Shown: in pieces, positions 12,435-24,566 of the stretch | Position numbering within the stretch: the stretch's first letter is position 1 | How the letters are laid out: each line of letters begins with the position of its first letter | NCBI RefSeq assembly: GCF_008831285.2 | Contig: NC_045138.2 | Location: forward strand, 310,001-374,000 | Source of the DNA: Nymphaea colorata | Lineage: Eukaryota | Reading direction: 5' to 3' | DNA length: 64,000 nucleotides | Notes under the pieces: generated by a model | The model's input: only the letters and a program-made list of their open reading frames with translations | What the model was told of the DNA's origin: nothing | Databases searched by the model: none | Program-made: the position numbers and the translations under genes

Positions 12435-14831
12435 TTTGGTTGTTTGTAGGAGGTAAACAAACTCCATGTGCATGCACAACTCAACACACAGACACATATT
12501 CAATAGCTAGCACCAAGAGAAGAGTCACACAAATAATCTCATTACCTTATCCTTAAACTTTTCAAGGGGTACAGGTACTCCCCATTTCAAATCCCTGGTT
12601 ATACATCGAGGTCTCAGACCTTCCTTCAACCAGGCATAAGTGGCCTGAATTGCATTTTGGCTCCAAGATCCAGCAACTGACATATTATCGATATATTCTT
12701 CCAATTTGTCCTTGAGCAATGGGAGTTCTAAAAACAAATGTTTGGTGTCGCGAATGTGGGGTGAAGTCCTGCAGACCTACAGAGAAAGTATTCCACATGC
12801 AAAATTCAAAAATATAAGTTTCCAAACACTAAGAGCAATCATATCAAGAATCATTAATTGTCTAGATAGCAGACATGGATTTAACGTTCAAAAATGAGCA
12901 GACAAGCATATCCCTATAATATATACCTTGCACCTTGGGTCTATAAGCTCAGTTGGATTTAACAGTTTTCCACATTTTTCACATTGATCACCCCTGGCAT
13001 CGCCATAATCACATCCAGGAGTAGGGCATGTGCCCTCAACAAGTCTATCTGCTAAAAAGCGATTGCATGTGTCACAATATAGCTGCAGCAATTGAAGAAA
13101 AAAAGTCAAAATCAATTTTTTAAACAAATGAAAAGAAACCGCATACAACATAAAGATTCATTGTTTTCCCAAAGCTGGAAAAACATAGTCATTGCCCTAC
13201 AGTCATTACAATAAGAAGATACAAGTTGAGATGACCTACACACCTGTTGCATTGTGTTTTCAGAAAGCCAGTTGTTTTCCAATAGCTTATGGAATATTGC
13301 CTGGCAAATATCAGTTTGTTTAGGACTGGAAGTACGTCCAAACTCATCAAACTTAATGTCAAACCATTCATAGATTTCCTTGTGGATTGCATGATACCTA
13401 CATCAATGAACCAAAACTGCTAAACATAAAGAATGACCACAAGTAACAAAAACAAATAGAGATACTTGAGTCGCACATAAATTTTGTGGTTCATTTATTA
13501 AGGGCAACAATACATAAACCTACAAGAAAAGATACGGGTGTTGCTGTTTAGGAAAAAAAAAATTCAAGGAAATCCTCACGAGTCAAACTGCAGTTGACTG
13601 ATGCAAGATGAATATTGTTCACAATTAATATAAGGTTATAAACTAATCTGATCATATGCTAGAAAAGCTAGTAACCTACCAGTCACCGCAAAGTGCTTAA
13701 CAGCACCAGCGGGGCCACAGTGTCACAAACTCTTCGTAGTTGTACCTTCACTTACATAAAGCCTTTCGTATCTTCACAACCCACTGCCAACGTACCCAGA
13801 CAAGTAGAATAACGTACTTGCAGTTAAAAACAACACGCAATTTTCATCCTTAGATTACAAGTCAAGCTTGACCACTGGGCAGCATGCTATTGATCTTTGA
13901 ACGCCTGTGGGAGGGACAATTTGGATCAACATGATAGTCAATTTTAAAAGTTCAAAGAGTACCATAAACAAATGTCTCTTGACTTGAATTTTTTTTTTTT
14001 ATATCTTCTCAAGTGTTCGCCAAATTTTGCAGGAAAGCATACCTAGTAATTCAAATAAACCATCAGAAAATGGATATTATTCACAAGAAACAAGCATTCG
14101 CCCTTTATTGCAATCATTATGCATCAATTAGCTGTAAAATAATTGCTAAAACACCCATTCATTAACATGAAAAGAAGTTAAAAACGTACAGAACCGAATC
14201 TACATGGTTCGTTCTATCTACAGGCATCACTGCTCCATTTCTAGACTGCTCACTACACGTTTCAATTACAAAAAAGCAACAAATAACATATGTTCAGCAA
14301 GTACTAATCAATATAATTAACCCAAATTCAAAACCAAGGACAGCAAGTAAAACAACCCAACGGAATTCAGGAAACAAGCTATTTAAAGAACCACGGAAGG
14401 AGCAGTCCCTGAAATTGAGCGAAGCAGAAGCACTCACTTGTCACAAATCTCTTTTGGGGAGCAACCCTCCTCCATCGCCTTCGTCTCGGTGGCCGTCCCG
14501 TACTCATCCGTCCCGCAAATGTAAATAGTGTTGTAACCGCGAAGACGACAGTATCTCGCGAAGACATCCGCGCTCAGGACGCCTTATCAGATTCAAACCA
14601 GAAAAGGCCAGTAAGAAAAAGGACCAAAAACCAATTCTCCGCCAAAAAAATTTGAAGAAATATCATAATTGAAAGAGAGAGAAAGAGAGAGAGAGAGAGT
14701 TCACATCCAATGATGTTCCCGAGATGGGGGACGTTGTTGACGTAAGGGAGGGCGCTGGTGATGAGCACGTTCCTCCGGCCGACCACCGGAATCTTGGGCT
14801 TCCGGTTCCGGCCACCAAATTCTTCTCCCAT
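5786..14831 (-). CDS. MetRS: Methionine--tRNA ligase, cytosolic (class I aaRS with C-terminal EMAPII/Trbp111-like tRNA-binding domain), 17 exons
   Basis: Exons (minus): 14831-14705, 14582-14438, 13397-13244, 13082-12927, 12776-12546, 12231-12088, 10759-10669, 10215-10109, 10003-9889, 8353-8235, 8121-8056, 7957-7829, 7688-7548, 7412-7292, 7075-6849, 6240-6139, 6016-5786, all with GT-AG borders. Motifs: [16 protein letters not shown] (HIGH), GTDEYG, Zn-knuckle CxxC pairs with [46 protein letters not shown] (KMSKS), and C-terminal LDIRVG...[14 protein letters not shown]...[20 protein letters not shown]. Confidence 0.97.
9457..9608. repeat. ~69-bp tandem duplication with TA tracts in a MetRS intron
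   Basis: TCCCATGCATACATAAATGTTATGCACAAACACATGTAAGTTCATCAGGCATACA occurs at ~9485 and ~9554, each preceded by (TA)n. Confidence 0.85.
11064..11138. repeat. 25-bp minisatellite x3 in a MetRS intron
   Basis: AACTGCATGCTTGCTTCTTGTG(C/T)AC is repeated three times head to tail. Confidence 0.9.
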
Positions 14832-17795
14832 CTTCCTCTCGCTCAAATTCAGCCACAGGGCACCAAAGAATTTCACTCAGGATGCCTTCAAACTTCGCCG
14901 GAACGAAAAATAAAGAACGACCAACATCCGTAGAAAGATTTATGGCGGCGCTTCCTCAAGAATTCACACAAAATGAAAAGCAAAAGAGAACAAGAAAAGT
15001 TAGAAACAGAGCGCAGCTCCACTGACCTCCAAATTCCAACTGCCCCAGGGAAATTCATTCAAGTGAATCCGATTCTAATCCTCTCACGAATCAGAAGACA
15101 GAGAGAGAACAGTGGTGGTTCCCACACGAACGCTGGGCTTCTATTGCGCGGCGCTGCCGGGAAAGAGAACAAAGGTGAACGTTGAAAACGGCAAACCGTT
15201 TTGTTCCCTAAAATACCCTCGTTGTGGACGTTAAACTACGAAAACAGGTCCACGGGTCGGTGCAAACAGGTCTGGTATCCGAATTTGAGCAGATAGAACT
15301 AGCAGCCCTGGAACTGAATCCGGATTCATACTTGATCCAACACAACAAGGTCAGTTCCGGTTCCAATTTTAAGATATAACGGCCAGGGTATTTTCGCCAT
15401 TTCAAAACCAACACCTACTCCCATGTTCGAGCCGAACATATAAACGGCTCAACTGAACTCCCTTTCACCTTTATATTGCATATGTCTGGCCTGACACGGT
15501 CTGCTTGAACTCTTTAAGTCTATGAAGCCAATGAGCTGATTGGGACTGGCTACAGGGAGGAAGCTGAGCCTAGACCGAACCCACCTTGTGAACGGTCAAG
15601 CTTCGCCAAACCTGGCTGGACTGTTCAAACCCCATGCAGAATTTGGGCCCGCGCTGACCCGACATGATCTAGTTGTCCAGCCTTTAGTTGTCAAGTGACC
15701 AGAAATTCTTTAGATGGAACTGAGATTCTTAAAGTAGCAGCGGCTTCTGTATGGTGGATGATGAGTGGGATCTCACACATTTTTTAGAGCATATCAAGAT
15801 GCAACTAAACCAAGTGGATTACAACTTCACCATTACGCCATAACTTTGCACAACTTTTGGCATGAATAAAGCTCCAATATAGCGAGAGTTCTTTTTTTTA
15901 TCTTTTCTCTTTACATGTAGATCATTTTTGGAATAAGTTAGGTAGTTGCCAATAGATGAAGAGAGAAAGAATAAGCAAGAAAACAAATTCTGAATAAGAG
16001 AAGTGCTCATTGATTTGATTTGATTCGATTTGATTTCTGATTTTTACAACAACGATGAGACCTATCATTTGCACTGAGAACGATTATAGTCTTAAACCAA
16101 CTGTGGGGAATGTAACAACTCATGTTTAAATAGCATTATGCCTAAGCTTATGAAAAACCTTGAGGGTTCGCATGAGAAAACCCGACTAAAAGCCAGCATG
16201 AGATCCAAACTAGTAAACAGAGACCAATTCTATTCTAGAGTATAATTAGATTCACAAGTTAGGTACCTTTCGAAAATGTAACAGTCATGGGGGAAAAAGT
16301 GTCCACCTAGACATACATTCTTCAGAAACTGATTGGCAAGCATTACATAAAGAATACATTACTTGATTCTCCAGGCAAGTTAAAAATAGAAGTTGGCTTA
16401 TGGACCATATTGCCAACAAAATTATGTCCATTTTGATATGATCTAGTTAACCCTTCCGGAAAGTTTTCGCAAGAATACTCCCGAAAATTCATTCAAACAG
16501 GAATCCATATGTTAGAGGTTGGGGTGGGGTGCCAATGGAATAGACACGGATCCGTAATGAATATATAGTTGGACCAACACAATTGAAAATTTAATATGCC
16601 GCAACACAAGGTAAGTTAGAATCATACATGTGGTATGGACATAGCTTAACTGGTTGAGCTGGTGGTGTGGGAAGAACAAGTCACCAATTTGATTTCATGG
16701 GTGCTATGTTTCTGTGTTCAAAAAAAATATATTGTCCCTTTATCAAACACCGATGCAGCTATAGATCGCAGGCACAAGGAAGAAGGGGAAATGATTCGGT
16801 TCTTTTTGAGCGGAAGGTTGTAGTCCTCTTGTTCAACTGGAACTTGGAATCGTACTTCAAATCCCATGAAACAGTTACATTCATGCACCCTTGCACTGCA
16901 GTAAAGTAAGAAATATTTTGCAGAAAGCTTCTTTTCTCTCAAAGAAGGTCGCCTCAAGAAGCCGATAGACGATAAACAACAAAAGAACTAATTTAAGGTT
17001 GCATTTCCCGCCGAACATCACGCCTAACACTCTTGCTAGCGGGAGCTGCACGTGTGTGCTGAAATGTGTGTGACGAATGGTTCACAATACTCACTTTATG
17101 ACTAGGGTAGAAGTAGGATATCCAACGCCATATAGCTCATAAATTGTGAAGTTTAACCTGAATGGAGATCCTTCATATTCAGATTGAATTCCGCACGTGG
17201 CCTGCAGAGACAGCATGCAGAAAATCCCTTCGATCTGGGTTAGGCTGTAGAACACTGATCCAGGTCATATCGGGGCAAAAAATTCACCAATCTTCCATAT
17301 TTCTTGTATAAAAGCACGGGGAAGCTACAAGAAAAGCTATAAACAGACTTTGATAGCAAAACCAATAACCGATTTTGATATCAAACTGCCAGAACAAAGC
17401 CTGAGACATGTTGAAATTTATGATCCAAGTCAGAGATGAAAGCATTGTTGACCTCTGCTGCAGTAGCCACATCTAAACGGAGTGGACATAAATCAGCCAG
17501 ATTTACACTCATCATCAATTGCCTAGATGGCTAGAACCGACATATAACCAAGAAGATGATTCCAAGCATGTTCGGATCAGCAAATGATGCAGATATCTAA
17601 GCATCAACTCAATGAACACAAACGATTATCAAAATTTTGATAGCAAATTGTATATTGATATAACCTGAATTTTTATCTTAATAACAAAATTTGCATTAAG
17701 ATTATGAAAACTTAAGTTAGTGATTGGTGTGTGGATGCATTACTAATAGTTTCTGAGGACCACACCACCAGACATGATTAGGGGAGTCACCATCT

Positions 17796-20700
17796 TCAGT
17801 GCCCAATTCTAGCACTACTCTTAATCTTAGAATAACGTGATTCTAGCTCGAACCAAGACTCCAGCTCAATCAGCTGATTGAATTCTTCAAAGGTAGCCAA
17901 GCTGTTAAGATGGTCTCTGGTTGTTCCTTTCTCCTTCAATGCTTTAAGGACATCAATCATTGCACGAGCTGATGCATAAAGTGTTGTGAGTGGGTGAACA
18001 ATGAGATGAAAACCCATTTCTTTCAGCTCCTGTGGTGTATGTAATGGGGTAACCCCCCCTTCTAACATGTTGCAGACTCTGTAACCCTTAGTATGACGCC
18101 CTATTTCCTTAAGCTCATTAATGTCCCTTGGTGCTTCAACAAAGCATGCATCGGCTCCTGCCTGTGTGCCACAGAAATTGCTGTAAATGCATAATATTAC
18201 TTTCCCATGGACAAGCAGAAAATGATTACCAATCACTTGGAAAATTCAGCAACAAAGCCACATATGATCAATAATACCTGGATGCAGATAATAGAATCTG
18301 AAGTTCCCATTTGCTTACTCCTGACCCTCAACAAACACGATATTTATGGCTAAATGAAAATCAATGGGCTAGATAGAAAAATAAACAACTATTCCATCAT
18401 AAACTACTGCAAAAAGAACTGCTTCAACTCTTCTGAGGCAGGACAACTTTCTTTTCTCTGTTGCGAAATGAAATTCCACAACATTGAACCCATGAAAAGT
18501 TGTAATCTGAGGATCAGAGCAGTAGAGCTATATTGATGATTTCATTGTACACAACATTCACAAGTTCAGCTGAGTACAGATAGGTGAATTTATATGAACA
18601 TAACAGATATATTAGTCATGCTTCAGGGAGTGTGAGAAAGCTCGAGACTCACTTCTCCATTTGGAGTCCTGTTGAAAATCATTTGGCATGAGCGGACACT
18701 CGACAACACTTGGCAATAACAGGTGCCATTTGAAAGACGCCAGTATATCACTATATTTCAGTTTAAATGTGCAGGAAAAGGACTCGCTTTTTGGCTTGAT
18801 TAAGAAAACTAATGACATGATGTCTTCTGGAAGAGAAAATATCACTGAAAACAATTTAGATGGGTAAACAGAAGCCTGTTTTTCACCGAAGAATTCTAAG
18901 AGTGATATTTCTGAGTAACAGAAGCCTACATGCACCCAGGCAGTCCAAAAGCAATGCTTCTCAATGAATCAATGCACAAGTAGAAGGATGAAGCCTGATC
19001 TAGGGACTTGCTGAAGGTGGATGAACATAATCAGGAAGACAGACACATATACACACAGAAGCAAATAGTGGGTTTATAGCTTTTCATGCATGGGCAGATC
19101 TTAGGTTGGTATGTACGGCACGCCAAGAAATATTAATTGCAAAGGCACACAAAAGATTGCAGATAACCCCATGACCATGTTTATTTTGATTGGCTTTATT
19201 TTTTCAAAACAAGATGAGCCTGTGTCTGGAAAAGAAAAGAGTATGCAGATGTCGGTCCATCCAAATTATCCAAATAGAAGTTCATATAGGTGAGGAGGCA
19301 CATGCCTCACTTAACTTTTCGAAAACTCATGCATACGTTGTTCAAATGCTTACATATTAGTGCTACCTTCAGGCTTCAATTAAAACTTATATATTAGTGC
19401 TCCTCTGACCAAAATGTCTGGGTCCACCGCTGCTTAATGAATAACTTATGAAACCAAAAAAAAAAGAACAAGATTCAACAACTACAATTTTCCTGTTGGA
19501 TATCCATGGCCAAGAATTTGGCAGTTAAACAGTAGTTGTTTAACATGACGTACCTCCATGTACAGGTTAGCACGTGCTATTGCTTCAGACAATCCATTTT
19601 TCGCTGATGTCGCCCGAGCATCTGTCCTAGCCACAAGGAAGAAATCAGCATTCCCAATGGCATCCCTAGCGGAAGCTATCTTCACAGCATGCTCCTCAGC
19701 AGGTATAACCTTGAAAACAGATGGAAGAAAACAAGTATAAACTATAAACTATGTTTTTCTTCCAATATATGTAAAATTATAAGCTCATTTGAATGAATGT
19801 GCAAGATAAAAGCCATGTTCTTATGCATGTGCAAGAATGTGTTTGTACGCGAGCATGCACAAAAATGGAAAGCAGGCACATGCCAGTGCAAGAACGTGCA
19901 GCATAAATGAATCCGAAGAGGAAGACATATAAATGCATGCACAGATAACGAAGATTCAGGAGTTCTCAGCACAAATACCTGTTTGCCACGCATGTGACCT
20001 TCCCAGTCGCACATACAATGAAAAAGGGCAAAAAAGAAACATCGTGAGACTATTGTTATAAACTTGAACAGCGTGGGTTTTCTTTCAGAATAAGCTAATC
20101 TTCTCTTTTTCTGATCGCCTGGTAAGCAATGTGGAGATAGGAATGAGAAAAGATAAACTGAAAAGGGAAGAAAAGTTATTACCACACTTCTTTGGCCATG
20201 CTTGATCCTGAAATAGAGTCAATCGTCAATTAGTCAGTCAAAACTAAGATACCTTTGCATTGTAAAAGTTGTCAGATATAGATGCTACCATAACAAATTC
20301 AAATCAAACAAAACCACAATGCAGAAGTTCATAAAAGAGCACCTCAAGAAAGCATCCAGCAGCACCTGCTGCAATCAAGTCCTGAACGGTCCTTTGCACG
20401 TTGAGAGCATTACCTCCACCAGTATCTTCATTGATAACAAGGGTAGGAAGCAAAACAATTACATCTCTTCCAAAGTTTCTGGAAAATGATTATAAAATGG
20501 GCATGCCCAGAAACTATCCAGCAGACAATCATGAGTGCCAGACTGCCAGCTTTATTTGATAAATTCGATCTATAAATGCAAGAAGCATTATACATTTATC
20601 ATTGAATGCATTATGAAATAAGTTGATTGGACATAACAACCTAATTTCCTGATCACAAAATTTCCAAAGTTTCGAGACATTTCGGAACAGTGAGACTGAT

Positions 20701-21217
20701 GCTCCTAGAAAACCCATTACATGGCAAAATAAGGTGATGGAAAACATGTCCGTCCTTATATCTGCTGGGCTTCACCCGATCAAGGGCACAAGACGAATTA
20801 ACAACATTTTCCAGAAAGATTATCAAATTTGTAACTGGTGATTCCATATATCGATCAAGAAACCGAACATGCATCATTACTCACAGAACTTAGGAACGGC
20901 AATTTAGCTTAAAGGGGAATTTTCATATGAAAGAAAGAGACTTTTGAAACTTAGCAAGTGATCTCAGACAGGTAAGGATGCATATTTTAATCAGATATGC
21001 ATATGGATCACCTCAAGGATTCAAACTACAACTTATTTTATGCAAGCAAAGTCAGATACAGACAACAGAAAAGGGTATCCCTCGAAGAACAAAAAGGGAA
21101 CATAAAACATCCAAAACATGGAATCAGGTCCATGACATATTAAATAATTGCCATTGCTTCTGACAGAAACAGAGAAAGATAGAGAGAAGAGAGAGACAGA
21201 GAAAGAGAGACACAGAC

Positions 21218-21261
<44 letters not shown>

Positions 21262-21748
21262 TCTACCGGCATCAGCGATAATTGGGATATTTGGGGCAGA
21301 GGCGCAGATGAACCGTGCTTTCTCCGCCATCTCGGGCGGCCTGAAAGAGGGCAGCAACACAATGTATACTCGCAAAACAAAAATAAAAAGTACAAGGAAG
21401 GACCATCTCGGATATAGCTCAAACATAGCAAAACCAAGAAGAAGAAGGGGAGTGAAAGATTTACGTAAGGAGGCCGAAGTCGGGCTTGCCAAGGAGCGAG
21501 GCGGAAAGAGCGTAGCCGGAGATGAATCCGGCCGAGAAGCCGGATTTCTGGACAATGGCTGCAGAGAGGGCGTCGTAGCAACCGGGCATAAGCACGATTC
21601 CTTCCTCCTCGATCAACCTCTGAATCCTCGTCTGTTTCTTCCCTGGTGTAGCCACTGAACTCATGGATGCGGGCCTCCTAGTCGCCGTTCTCCTGTTTCC
21701 GGCAGCCGGCAGCCCAATAGCGGAGTTCATCGACAGGATTCCGGCCAT
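17796..21748 (-). CDS. ICL/PEP mutase superfamily C-C lyase, copy 1 (2,3-dimethylmalate lyase / carboxyvinyl-carboxyphosphonate phosphorylmutase-like), 335 aa, probably organelle-targeted
   Basis: Exons 21748-21465, 21340-21267, 20425-20343, 20207-20183 (25 nt), 19998-19979 (20 nt), 19709-19554 and 18161-17796 total 1008 nt in frame. Motifs: MPGCYDALSA, ISGYALS, IIADADTGGGN, FLEDQAWPKKCGHMRGK (ICL signature K-K-C-G-H), ARTDAR, FVEAP, NMLEGG, HLIVHPLT. Confidence 0.93.
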
Positions 21749-22385
21749 CTCTCGCTCTCCTTCTCTCTAGCCTCCACCTCTGTGTCCAGGACGAAGTGAG
21801 CGGGAGAGCTTTAGCCATAGACAGTATCAGGTGGCTGCAACTTGGGACCCACTTTTACTGTGTTTTTGGAGCGGGTCCATATCCATAATCCATATTTTTA
21901 CTTTTTTAATTAAAAATGAATGTACAAAATAAAATTTCATATATTGATGTGAACGCAGCGGATTTAATTAATTCAATTACCTGTCCGATTTCAAATCCTT
22001 TTAGTCAGGTTATTAAAAAATTATGAATATGATTATCATCAAATCCGAAGTCAGTCTGCAAGTGTCATTACAAAGTTCAAATTTGAGTTTGATATCCAAC
22101 CGGGATCCGATAAATTTCTGACTTCGTTATATATAATCCTTGAATCTTAAGCTAGTTGGATCTGTACTCAATTTCAGATATGTGACACGAATCCGACTCT
22201 CAACTTCAAAGAGATGGAGCAAAACCTGATTATATAACGTCCCACTAAACTGAATTCAGTAATAACTGGATCCAAGTTACGACCCCAATCCAAACCTGTT
22301 TAAAAGAATATGGTTTACTAGATTGCATGCATTTTACTTTTATTTATAATGGATGGAATATATTGACCTCGCAGGATACACCTTC

Positions 22386-22598
22386 GGGGAGCGTTTGATA
22401 TATCTAGAATTATGAAATTTTGGAAATCAAAATGTTCATTTTTTAAAAATTAGGATTACTAAACAAACGGGGTATTTTGTTTCTGGAATTAGGAAAGCGA
22501 AACCTACAGTTTTGATTTCATTCCAATTTGAGGAGAAATTATATTCTTGGAATTTTTTCATTCCTGAATCAAAATTCCAAACGAATCAAACGCCCCCC
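22386..22598. mobile_element. MITE (Tourist/PIF-Harbinger-like)
   Basis: Terminal inverted repeats GGGGAGCGTTTGAT ... ATCAAACGCCCCCC around an AT-rich ~210-bp non-coding interior. Confidence 0.65.
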
Positions 22599-22857
22599 TT
22601 ATTCAAGAGACTAGCTTACTTCGGGGCCTGGGGACACATGTACATCCTTCGATTCGAGTGTCGTGCTTATTATTTACAACAACATATTAAAGCATCTGAG
22701 CATAACAATAACTATGTGATTCAAACTTCGAACCACTTGAATGTGAATTGTCTTTTTGTTCCTGTTGCGCAGCTTCTTTTATAATACGATGAATAAAATA
22801 GATTGAAAAAATAAAAATGTAGGAAGAGACATGAAATGAAGTTGGATGCATTCATTA

Positions 22858-23108
22858 AGTGTGGGCACCAAGTCCGGGTATCCGACGGGTACCTGGTACC
22901 CAACCAGATGGGCCCAATTTAGTCTGATTATTTTTAAATTTTTTTATTATTTTTAGTTAATAATAATATATATTTTTTATTAAAAATATGTATTATATTT
23001 AAAAAATTCATTTTATATTTAAAAAATATTTTTTTTTAATTTTCATCTGGCTGGACCGAGCCGGGGCCTTATCGGGCCGACCTGGCCCTGCCCAATGCTC
23101 ACGTCCAG
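22858..23108. mobile_element. MITE-like element with GC-rich ends and AT-rich core (related to 53306-53728)
   Basis: The ends GTGGGCACC...GGGCCC and GGGCCGACCTGGCCCTGCCCAATGCTCAC are approximately inverted and flank a very AT-rich centre. Confidence 0.45.
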
Positions 23109-24313
23109 TATTCATCAGCGTTATAAAAAAATCATTTCGTGGTTCAAATGAAGCTGTTGAATCGGTTAATTGGCTGATTTACTAATCCAGCTAAACATGG
23201 GTTGTCAATTGAAAAAAAAAAACCTTTTTGAAAAAAGAATTATATAAAAATTATATAAAACAATACATTTTCTAAAATTGTTTAAAACTTAGTGCAAAAA
23301 TGACACATGACACTCTTCAATTAGCCACCAAATTGAATCAAATTGGTTTGGTTTATCTGGTGATCAGATGGAATTACTGGCTCTCACTCTCTAGGGATGT
23401 AAATTAGATCCACCGTTTTCACCTTTTCTGATCTCGGACTAGAATTTCTGAAATCGATTCTAGATCCAAAAAAGGTAGGATCTGAACTTTGTGTATTATT
23501 AGATCGGATCTGTATTGGGTCTCAGCTTCTGATATACCGAGTCTGATTAAGATTTAGATCCATTCTCTTTATCGGATCTGACTAGACTAATCTGGTTTTA
23601 GTTAATCATCAGACCTTACCAATGCATGGGCATCTCTCTCCCTCTCTCTTATCAAGTGATGGTCCATGTCCTTAGTTTGATTCCTGTAAGAAAAGGAAAT
23701 AAGATGAAATAAAAACTTTTTTGGATAAAAAAGAAAGGAAATAAAAGGAACTCTAAAACAATTATTAATTTAGATATAGCTTAATTTTTATTTTGTTTAT
23801 TTTTAAAATGAATTTTAAATATTTTATCACCTTAACTTTCCAAACCATCTCATATAAGTAATAAAACATGGTTACTTCATTAAATATTTTAACATATAAT
23901 TTATTTTAAAGTATTTAGATTGTGAGAGTTCCGAAAACACATACGAGTGTTAACCTATCCAAGGTCATGCACATCTACGGTTTTTTATATGGAACACGGA
24001 CTATGTAACATAGATTTAAAATCCAAGATGCTCAGATCCTACTTTTTTAGTGCAGCTTTGGATTCAGATTTAAGACTATCAAACAGTAGCTTATATTCAG
24101 ATTAACGGAAGTAATCGGCTGAATTATATGCAAAGGCGGAGATAGGATTTTCTTTAGGGGCGAGCCAAATGGGACTGGGTTTTGTGGGTTGAATTTGAGT
24201 AGGGCCAAACTTAACCATTAGAGTTGCAATTGGGTCAGATTTCCTGGAAAGGTTTTATCTACACAAAGATTCAATGCCAACTGAGTGTCTGATATAGGTG
24301 GCCGTTGTGTGAT

Positions 24314-24566
24314 CAGTGGCAGAGCCACATGCTAAAGTTGCCCACACCAGCCTCACAAATTACTTTGAAATTATGTTAATATTTTGATATATTTGAATAT
24401 GTATATATATAATTGCCCTACAAAAAATTAAAGATATTATTTACAAAGTTACTTTGAGATTATGTTAATGTTTTGATATATTTAAATATGTATATATATA
24501 ATTGCCCTACAAAAAATTAAAGATAATAAATAAATATCTTCACGAAAAAATTCTGGCTCTGTGACC
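24314..24566. mobile_element. MITE of the CAGTGGC(G/A)GAGCC family, with an internal ~90-bp tandem duplication
   Basis: Left end CAGTGGCAGAGCCAC and right end AAATTCTGGCTCTGTGACCG. TTACTTTGA..ATTATGTTAAT..TTTTGATATATTT..AATATGTATATATATAATTGCCCTACAAAAAATTAAAGATA occurs twice (~24360, ~24449). Confidence 0.6.

Noticed and set aside
16700..17320. Possible extra exons downstream of lyase copy 1
   Set aside because: Some splice-like sites are present but there is no coherent ORF. At most these are 3'-UTR exons, which cannot be supported without transcripts.
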